64,000 nucleotides of DNA from the human T2T-CHM13v2.0 reference genome, Homo sapiens: assembly GCF_009914755.1 (NCBI RefSeq), contig NC_060930.1; one strand, 5' to 3'. Both the position numbers and the translations under genes were made by a program. Every line of letters begins with the position of its first letter. Positions within the stretch are counted from its first letter, which is position 1. Below are positions 45,504-64,000 of the stretch, one piece after another. The notes beneath the pieces are model-generated. The model worked only from the letters and a program-made list of their open reading frames with translations. It had not been told where the DNA came from and did no database searches.

Positions 45504-46277
45504 TTAGAAAGGAACTTACCTTCTGAAGAATTCCATATTACAAGGAGATAGAACACATCTGATACAAGCATCAAAGATTGATTTTGCTTTGGGAATCTTT
45601 CTCATCTGATTTATAAATAATCCTGTTCTGAAAGAAATATTTAATTTAAAAAAATGTTTTACGTTCCTATCTTAACCTCCGCTTTTTAAAAAATGTTTTA
45701 CATTCACATCTTAACCTCTGCAGCTAGAATTTAAGATTGTCAAAGATGAGAATTTAAACCTCTTTATATTGCCAACGTGCAAATCAATGTATTGCAATTG
45801 TACAGTAGGTACATACTGTAAAATTTTCCATGATGATGACATTTAGCACATATTCTCCCCAGCTGACACTTATGATGCTTTGACTTGACCTCCACCTTGA
45901 CTTTCCAGTGTCAATTGGTCAAGAAGGTAAAGCTCCTGCCGCTGGAGATCAAGATGTCGGATAGAGCGCTAGATACCTAAGCTAAGACTGGTAAAAAAAG
46001 AGATGGATGTTGTCTTAGCATAACACAGTGAAAGATGGTATTATGTACAGTATTTAAAATAATATTTTAAGGATTCAAAAATAGTGCCATAAATTATGTC
46101 ATTCTAAATTTTAAAAATGAGGAGAAAATAATTTTAAAATACATAAAGGTAGCTTAAAAGCTAAAATAAAACCCAATTGCATTCTGAGTAATAGAATGTT
46201 AGGTTAGAGAAAATTTCAAACAGATGAAAGTTAGCCAAGAAACAACTAGGAACATAAAACTAAGGGAAAATGAAAGG

Positions 46278-46660
<383 letters not shown>

Positions 46661-48374
46661 TCAATCCAAATGCGTTCTCATTCGGTGCTCCAAAGGATCA
46701 GTGCTATGATCAGGAACCATCATTTCATTTAAGCCAGATGTAATTTCACTTAAACGAGATGTAACTGGGCCAGCAATAGTCGTGGGCAGTTTACTTAAGT
46801 CAGGATTTCCCAGACTTATCTAATCATCAGAATCAAAGGAATGACATGAGAAGTGTGATAAAAATACAGGTTCTGCATCCCAACCAGACCCCCTAAATCA
46901 AAATCTTAGGGGAAAGCCCTGGGCGCTGTGTGTTTTTATCAAGTACGCAGGTGATTGCTATGGTGTAGCCCATTTGAGGGACACGCTATAGTCGAGTATG
47001 GGTTGGGAAGAGCAACTGGAAATAAACAGAGACTGGGATATCTTACAGACAGCCCCAAAACATGCACTCAGTTTGCCATTGGATTCTTTGCTTGATGAAT
47101 AGGATTTAAAGCTAGACTGTATTAGTTATATGACAGGATTTGTTTCATCAATGAAATGTCTCTGTGTGCGTGTGTGTGTGTGTTTCCAGTTAATCCAGTT
47201 AGAGTGGTGGTTGTAACCTGGTCCCTAGATTTCTAAATACTTATGTTTATAGAATTTTATGGTCAAAATGAGTCCCTACCAAGAGCATCTTGTCAAACTC
47301 CCTCCTTGTCCACTGAAGAGCTGTGTGCTGTTTAAGTTGGTATATCCCTGTGTTTATGAGTACACATTTAACGGCGGCAGAATTCTGCAGCCTCCATGGG
47401 TCACCTAGAGCCTGATGAATAAAGTAAGCAAAGTCCAGTTGTAGTTTTCATAATCCAGGACAGTAAGTCCCTGGAGGAAGATCTGTCCATTAAATTCCAT
47501 GAGTTTCAGGAATTTGCACGGACCCTAAGACGCTCCAGTATCAATAAGGTGACACACTGATCCCTGACATGCTCTTGGAAGATGAAGCCAGGCACAGCTG
47601 GCTTTGTGACTTGTTTTTCAGGTTAGTAAAGGTCACTCCCGGCCTTTACTAACATTCACCCAGTGCCTCGGCCAGGATCCACTACTATTTTCACGATGAA
47701 GAAAGCTGGATCTGCTTCCTTTCTTTTCTTCTCCACTATCGATTCTTCTGAGTTTCACTCTGAAATTCCAACACCTTGGGCCTTCTCTCAGGCTCACAGC
47801 GACTCCATCAATCAGGGTGTCTAAAGACCCTGTGGGTGGAGGAAGGAAGGAAGGAGGCACAGAGACCCTGCAGAAATGATTCAGGAGCCCCAGGCAGCTC
47901 ACCCTCCCTGTCCTTTGGGTAGTTTTTCTGCAGTTTCTCACTGTTGACACTTTTTTTCCTCTATGAGTCAAGAAAGAAGGCCCTAAGAGGGAAATGAGAC
48001 AGATCTTTTTACAAATATTCTTCATTACCACACTTTATTCATTCTATCAGCCAAGTGTGTTCCTCCAATTTTTCACTACAATTTTAAAAGCAGAAAATGT
48101 ACCCTATTGTTTTGCACTGTTGGGGCCCATCCAGAGAGAAGGTGCAAGGTACCTACTGGACTTCAAGGCTAAGATTGCGAGTGCAGCCGGAGTGGCTCGG
48201 AAACCAAATGTCAGTGGGAGCTCCCAGTCCCAGCTGTGAGGCGTGGCTCCCAGTCCCAGCTGTGAGGTGTGGCCCCATTGCTTCCCTAGCGGGCTTCTGC
48301 TCAGATGGCTCCAGAGGCTGCTCTTCTGTATCATGACAGCGTTTCATCGTAACAGACGCCAGCTACTGCATTAG

Positions 48375-48800
<426 letters not shown>

Positions 48801-50231
48801 TGGGGATTTCAGTTCTTAATCTCCTTTCAGATTTGCCCATACTCTTTTCCTTCAGTCATCTCTGAGAGAAAACCCAGAGGTCCTTCATGGCTGGCTCAAC
48901 TCACCGTCACTCAGGACAGCAGGGTCTTGCGGTCTGTTGCACTGTGGAGATGCAGGGGCGCCTGTATGGGCGAGTGGAGTTGTTCTGGGTGGAAATCCCA
49001 GGCCGGCTCTTTTCCTGTGACTGTGATGAGTGACTCAGCTCAGAGCCTCCTGAGCCTCATCAGTACAGTAAGGACCACAACACTGAATCCATTGTAAGGG
49101 TGAAGACACAGTCTGCAGAAAACTTGGCACATAGTGGGAATTTCAAACGCTTTAGCTGGTTAAAGAGAATTGACCATTTCTGCCTTTCAATTTCTCAGGA
49201 GTCCCTTTTCAGGGAGGTCGGCTGTCTAATTTGGCCCCTTCTACCTCTATGCATCCTCCTATAGCCATGCCCTCGGTGCAAGTGAGGCCAGCCTGACTTC
49301 TGTTCTCTGTAAGCGGCAGGCTTACTCCCACCTGAGGTTTTGCACAGGGTCTCCCTGGCCTGGGCCACTCTTCCATCTGATGTTACCACAGTTGGTTACT
49401 CTGACCTGTCTTTAATGCCCCTTTCACAAATCTAAACCATCCAGGGACAACAGATAAGGAAAATGGAGTGGAAGCCTCACCACAGATGATGGTGCAGTGC
49501 TGAGAAGCATCGGATTCGAGACAGACATAGAGACCTGGAGGCACTGGATGGAAAAAAGGAACAGAGGAGACAAGAACATGCAGACGGAACAACATGGGCT
49601 TTGCACAGGTACACGACAAACACAAAATGCACAGCGGACATGCGGCTGCTGCGGGGCAGGGCTGGTATGGGAACAAGACGGGGTGTGTGTGCGTCAAACA
49701 AGGCAGAAAAAAATGCAGCCTCGGGTCGCTAGGCATCGCTTCATCCTGTTAAATTCCCCAAAATAGCATGTATCGCTGTCAAACATGAGCATCAGGACTT
49801 TTATCCAAACAGGAAAATTTTCTGTTCTTTTAGTCCCAAGTATATGGAGCACACTTATTAATTAGGACATTATGACGGGCTCTGTGTAAAAATGGGAAGT
49901 GAATCTCTCAATATGTGTTTAGTGAAATTAAAGGTACATTGAATCTACTAAAGAAAAAAAACACTTAAGCCTGGGAAATTATCTTTGTGTTTTTTCCTAA
50001 GTGATTATTATTAGACACCAGAATAGCACCAAACCGAAAAAAATCTCACGACTGAAATATCTCAGAAACGACATTTCAATATATAAAGGAGACATCAATT
50101 TTAAGTTACAAGTAAGGAGAAATTTGGAAACAGAACATACAATTTAACTAAGATTAAGTCTTTCAAAATAATAAGCAGCACTCTAAAACTGAAATCAAGA
50201 ACGATTTTCATGACTATTTGAATTTTTTTAA

Positions 50232-50519
<288 letters not shown>

Positions 50520-50999
50520 TAAATATTTCTCAAAAATAAACCAAGAATGATTTTCAAGGCCTAAGAAAAAGACATGGCACTGATGAGATTTTGAAGACTT
50601 TTATTAAAAGTAATAAGCATAGTTCATTCACCCAAAACTGACAGTGGAAAATCTGAATGTTTCAAGTAAGTAGAGGAAATTCCCCCAAATGAAGAGGGGA
50701 TGACAGAGTCCTGAAGTTAGCTACTGGACACCTTCAGCGGCAGACACTGGAAGATTAGTTACAAGAGGGCTCGACAGGCCTGCAGGTAAAACAAACAAAG
50801 CAAAACAAACTGAAACAAGAAAGCACAGCCAGGCTCTCTCTCCCCAGCTCAGCAGGAGCTCCAGCCCCAGCTGCCATCATTCCTAGCACTCCGGTAGCAG
50901 CGTTACTATTACTAACACTTACGGTATCTTCAAAATCATCCTCCTGGCAACCAATGTGAAGTCACCACCAGGCCCAGAAAGTGGCTGTGACTCTCCCCT

Positions 51000-51448
51000 G
51001 GTGGCCAACACTGCTAGCTGCTGACCTAACCTCCGTTACCCATCCTCTTCCTCACTACCAGGCCCGTAGGTACTGCTGTGGGGTATAAGGTGCGCAGCTG
51101 AAGAAAATGCATTTTTTCCAGCCCCCTTGTGAGATGGGGTGGCCATATGACCACGCTCTGGTCAGCAGAATGTCAGTGAAGTTTTTGGGTGGAGATTCCA
51201 GAAGCTTCCTGAGAAGAGGGCTGGCGGGATGGGCAGGGATCCCCTCTGTCTCAGGCCCTCTGCCGCAGAGGTAGTATGAGGTCAGGAGCAGGAAGCCCCC
51301 ACCAGCAACAGGCAAGAGCGAGCAGCACCATGGGGTCCCCAAGCCAGCCAGGGACTCTCAGCGACAGGAGAGAAAGGCAAGCCTCTGCGTTCTCGCAAGA
51401 GGCTCTTTTCTGGAGGCGGTTTCAGTTTTGCGGTGCTGAATCCAGTTC
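51000..51448 (+). mobile_element. Old MLT1 (MaLR) LTR fragment
   Basis: gtggccatatgaccacgctctggtcagcagaatgtcagtgaagt, typical of MLT1H-J. Confidence 0.55.
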
Positions 51449-51877
51449 TGTAAGGGAAGAAAAAGTTATTTCCTCACCCATTGCTAGGTTTATGGCTGAG
51501 ACACCTATCATAAAAGACAGATAAACAAGAGAAAAGCAGGCGAATTTATTTCATTGTATGTAATTTTTACATGACACAGGCACCTTTAGATATGAAGACC
51601 AAAAGGCACAGGGAGGCCTGTGTATCTTTAGGCTAAGCTTGATGGAGAGCGGACAGTGGTGGAAAAGGGTGAGTACACAGAGCGGGTGTCACCTGATGGC
51701 AGTGAACTGCGGGAATATGCAAGGTGCCAGATTTCAGGGTCTTGTGTCCCAAACCCCATTAGTGTCTAACTCAGTGTGGATATAACTGCTGGGACGCTAG
51801 CAGCGGTCTCTTTGGAAATTGCCAGAGCGCGCCACCGCGGCTGCTGGGTCACTGGGCTTCTGTGTTATGATGGATGC

Positions 51878-52290
51878 TGTATTCGTCATCCATCATTTGT
51901 GGTGTGTTGTAAAGCATCACAAACTGGGTGCCTTTAAACAACAGAAATTTGTTCCCTTACAGTTCTGGATCCCAGAAGCCTGACATCACGGTATCGGCAG
52001 GGCCGTGCTCCCTCCTGGGAAGCTTCCCTCCCCTCTTCCCTCTTCTGGCATTGCTGGTGCGTCAGCCCGGTCTCCACCTCCGTCTTCACACAGCCATGAC
52101 CCCGTGTGTCTCTCCTCCTCTTCAGATGTTCTTCAGTAAGGACATCAGTCATGTTGGATTAGGACCCACCCTGATGACCTCATCCTAGCTCACATCTCGA
52201 TGTCATCTGCAAAAATCCTATTTCCAAAGAAGGCCACTTCACAGGCCCCAGGACTTAAGATTTTAATGTATCTTTTGCAACAAACACCTT
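51878..52290 (-). mobile_element. MLT1B/C MaLR LTR
   Basis: aaactgggtgcctttaaacaacagaaattt...cagttctgga and cctatttccaaagaagg. Confidence 0.8.
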
Positions 52291-52623
52291 AGCGAAATTT
52301 CTTGCAACACACACCTTGGTTTAATGTTCTTGAACTAATCCACTGGCCTCCGGGACTCAGGCATAGCTCTTTGGGCCTCTCAAACTGGCCTGATGTCCTG
52401 GGACCAAATTTGCACTGTGCCTAACCTTGGGCTGAGGATTTTTGCCAGAAAGCTCTGGTCTCTCATGCCCCAGGCAGGCCCATCCTTCCAGTCCTCCAGG
52501 CAAAGCGAATCTGAACTGTGTTAGTTCTAGGCTGTGCCAAGTCCAGGCTCCCTGAGGTTTCTACACTGCCTTTATATTTATAGATCTTAAAAAAAAAAAA
52601 AAAAAAAAAAAAGGTACTGTTTC

Positions 52624-52984
52624 TGGTATGGTTTGGCTGTGTTCCCACCCATATCTCATCTTGAATTGTAGCTCCCATCACTCCCACTTGTTGTGGGAGG
52701 GACTTGGTAGGAGATAATTGAATCACAGGGGCAGTTCCCCCATACCGTTCTCATGGCAGTGAGTAAGTCTCACGAGATCTGATGGTTTTCTACGAGGAAA
52801 ACCCTTTTGCTTGGTCCTCACTCTCTCTTGTCTGCGGCTATGTAAGGCATGCCTTTTGCCTTCCACTATGATTGTGAGGCCTCCCCAGCCATGTGGAACT
52901 GTGAGTCCATTAAACCTCTTTTTCTTTATAAATTACCCAGTCTCAGGTATGTCTTCACCAACAGGGTGAAAACAGACTAATACA
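52624..52984 (+). mobile_element. THE1-family solo LTR
   Basis: tggtatggtttggctgtg...gactaataca, TG...CA termini, 5-bp TSD GTTTC. Confidence 0.93.
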
Positions 52985-53494
52985 GTTTCTCCCCGGCTTC
53001 CCTGAAGACCCACCAGTGTCAGAGGAAGGCGACTTCACAGCCCAGCACATCTGGGACTCAGCTCACTTCAAGGGTAAAAATCTCTTTGAAGTCACATGTT
53101 TTACTCAAAAAATCTCGTTAACTTTCCTTTTACTGCTTAAAGTACTTGTGTTTGCTTTCTCGTTGTAAGAATGGTTTTTTGCGCGTATCTTCAGGTGCAG
53201 TCAATGCCCAGGAATTGTGCACTACCTGCTCTTGAAGGGCCCTTTTCTCCTCAGTTCCTGGGGGTGCTTCCCCTGCTTGAGAAGCACAGGTCTTTCCTGT
53301 TAGGGGTTAGGGTTAGGGTTAAGCCCTCATGTCCCATCCTGGATTTGATCTCTACCACCCTGTGGAATGACAAGAAATCTATTTCATTTAAAAAAAAAAA
53401 AAAAAAGTTAAACAGCTTTCAAAAGTAAAAAAAAAAAAAAAATTATTTTTTTTAATTTCTGAAACAATTTTTAAATTAAAAAATTTTATTTTAA

Positions 53495-53910
53495 ATAAAT
53501 TGGGTTTTTGTCCCCCATTCCTGGCACGCAGCCCCTAAACGCCTTTCCTGAGTGTCAGGGCTGTCTTTGGTGTTGGCCAGGAGCCCCTTCCCATCACACC
53601 TGAGTGCCTGCTAACAAAGTAAGCGAGGCTGGGTCCTGGGACAGCCTCAGGATGGGGTGGGCATGAGAAAGACCATGCCAGTAGAGGGTGGGAACTTTCA
53701 GCCTCACCCACCTGCCTCTGGGAAAGGGAGTGGGGGTGCTGGTAATCAACCTCTATAAAATCTCTTAATAACTGTATTTGATGAGCTTCCAGGTTAGTAA
53801 ACGTATCCAGGTGCCAGGAGGGTGGCACCCCCCAGCTGCTGCACTCAGGACCCTTCAGACCTCACCCTGCATATTCCCCACCTGACCGTTCATCTGCGTC
53901 CTTTATAACA
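53495..53910 (+). mobile_element. MER21-like LTR fragment
   Basis: ggaactttcagcctcacccacc, gagcttccaggttagtaaac, ggacccttcagacctcaccct motifs. Confidence 0.65.
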
Positions 53911-53944
53911 GGGGCCCCAACGCCCTGGCCACAGACCTGCCTAC

Positions 53945-54105
53945 GTGTGTGTCTATGTGTGTGTGTGTGTGTGTGTTTGTGTGTGTATGTGTAGACAGGG
54001 TCTTGTTATCTTGCCCAGGCTGGCCTCAAACCAGGGCCTCAAGTGATCCTCCTGCCTCAGCCTCCCAAAGTGCTAGGATTATAGGCATGAGCCACAGTGC
54101 ATGGC
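53945..54105 (-). mobile_element. FLAM/Alu monomer with (TG)n tail
   Basis: Reverse left-arm Alu sequence preceded by a TG repeat. Confidence 0.75.
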
Positions 54106-55248
54106 CTCTGTTTCTTTTTTATGTTTTCATTTTCCCAACCCATTTTGAATGTTTCACTGCTCTGAAATGGTCTGTCAAATTAGTTACCTGAGTTCTCAAA
54201 TACGTGTCCTTGTTTTCAAGGGTTTACATAAGTAACCACCCACTTTAATCAGAACACTATCCAATTGACTGTCTGAGTACAGGAATCTAGTTGGTTTTCT
54301 TCCAGTCTTCAACTGCGGAAAATTTCTTTGCTTCCAGATTTTGTTTCAAACTATTTCTAACTCCAAGTAAACTCGTCCATTTGCTTAGGGTTAGCCCACA
54401 TTCCCCGCATCCCCCATCTCAGACAACACCATTGGGTCTCCCAAGATATCCCAAGGAAATCAATAACAATTGATTATTATTAATTCTCTGACGCTCTTAT
54501 CCATGCTTGGAAACACGCACTGACTACTGAATACAGTTGAGGTTCACATCGTAATTTTGTTTTCTAGTAAATCTGTCTTTACTAATAATAGTATTTACAG
54601 AAGAAAAAGTAGAACTCATTCTATTTTTATCTTGGAATGCATGATACCTCCAGGTAAAGTGGGGTTTTTTGTTTTTTAATGTGTAAGTTTCAAACTGTTA
54701 ATTTAGAAAACATTTCAAACTTACACATGAGTTGCAGTCATAATAAAATGACTCCTTCAGCTAGATGTATCAATCGTAAACATTTTGTCACATTGTCTCA
54801 TAAAACATGTTTCACGTCTCTCTTTCTCTCTTTGCATATATGTGTAGATACTTGCATATGCACTTAATTATGTTCAGATTTCATCGTTTGAGGGTGATTT
54901 ACAGATATAATGATCCTTAGCCCCTAAATAACTTCCTCATATATCTCCCAATAAAAAGGTTATTCCCTTACATAACTTCAGTAAAATGACGAAATTCGGG
55001 AAGTTGAAGGTTGCCATAATACTATTATCTAATTTACAGACTAATTCAAATGTCACCAACTGCCCCAATACACTGGTAAACGTATAATGCTTTAGGGGTA
55101 TGTTGAGGTCCTGTCAACTGAGATGAAGAGATGTTAACTTGCTTTTGAAAATGAGTCTATATCATTAAAAATTTCTAAATTCCAAGTTCTATGGTGAGAA
55201 AGAGACTCAGTCAATAGCAGTTATTTAAGTATTCAAAAACCTATTGGC

Positions 55249-55355
55249 ACGATGACTTTGGCAACATTTAGACTAAAATTGAAACCATGCAGAGAAAATT
55301 AACATGGCCCCTGCACAAGGATGACACAGAAATTCATGAATTGTTTAATTTTTTT
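55249..55355 (+). pseudogene. U6 snRNA pseudogene
   Basis: ctttggcaacatttagactaaaattgaaaccatgcagagaaaattaacatggcccctgcacaaggatgacacagaaattcatgaa aligns to U6. The ACAGAGA box is mutated to GCAGAGA and the CpGs have decayed. Confidence 0.9.
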
Positions 55356-55374
55356 TCTGAATAGAAAAAAGCAA

Positions 55375-55752
55375 TCTGGACTGAATTGCATTCCTCTAAA
55401 ATTCACGTGTTGAAAGTCCAATCCCCGATGTGACTGTATTTCTTGATAGGGCCCGTAAACGGGTTGTTAGGTAAAATGGGGTCATGAGGGTGAAGCCCTA
55501 ATCCAGGAGGACTGTTGTTTATATAAGAAAAGGAAGAGATACCAGCGACACACTTGCATAGAGAAAAGGCCATGTGAGGACACAGCAAGAAGGCAGCCGT
55601 CTGCACCCTGAGAAGAGAGGCTCGTGAGAAACACTCCTGTTGGCACCTTGATCTTGGACTTCCAGCCCGCAGAACTGTGTGAAAATCCATTTCTGTTGTT
55701 TAAGCTGCCTGCCTGTGGTATGCTGTTACGGCAGTCTTAGCAGGCTGGCACA
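55375..55752 (+). mobile_element. MLT1A-type MaLR LTR
   Basis: ggccatgtgaggacacagcaagaaggcagcc and ggcaccttgatcttggacttccagcc. Confidence 0.85.
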
Positions 55753-56012
55753 CTGGGTGAAAATAGAGGTAAAGGCAATAGACTCACCTTCTCGAAAGTT
55801 TCTTAAATCATATTTGATGGCTGAAGCAAACCTAACACCATATGATGTAGTGCTCAATGTAAAATACTTAGGAACATTTTATTTAAAAAGTAGGAAGTGT
55901 CAAGGGGCCTAAATGGAAGTAAACATTCAATACTTCACTCAAAGTGGTACCATTTTTATATGAGGAGGCTATGATAAGTTACATCTATACATATGTATAT
56001 GTGTGTGTGTGC

Positions 56013-56046
<34 letters not shown>

Positions 56047-56079
56047 TACAATCACCAGGAGGACAATACAAGGTTATAT

Positions 56080-64000
<7,921 letters not shown>

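Noticed and set aside
55249-55355. U6 as a functional snRNA gene
   Set aside because: Many substitutions, including in the ACAGAGA box and 5' stem. No evident PSE/TATA arrangement.

Overview
Human (or closely related hominoid) genomic DNA from the TBXT (T/Brachyury) locus, 6q27. TBXT lies on the minus strand at ~3.45-14.5 kb. It has 8 coding exons (ATG 13393, stop 4117; 1308 nt = 435 aa, or 436 aa via a NAGNAG acceptor at exon 6), a likely upstream non-coding exon and a CpG-island promoter with TCF/LEF, CCAAT, SOX and OCT motifs. The remaining ~49 kb is upstream intergenic DNA dense in Alu, L1, MaLR/LTR and DNA-transposon relics, with one U6 pseudogene. The main structural feature is an inverted Alu pair (AluSx-type in intron 5, AluY in intron 6) bracketing the in-frame exon 6. 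This is the published hominoid tail-loss exon-skipping mechanism, so it is not new. Less-described observations: a 42-bp VNTR inside that loop next to the exon-6 branch point, a possible circular exon 6, a predicted 60-aa N-terminally extended Brachyury and promoter-specific uORFs, a ~115-nt near-perfect palindrome beside a (TA)n tract, a template-switch-built CDX/HOX13 motif triplet, and several candidate enhancers. Repeat subfamily calls, variant identities and literature links are from memory, not from searches.
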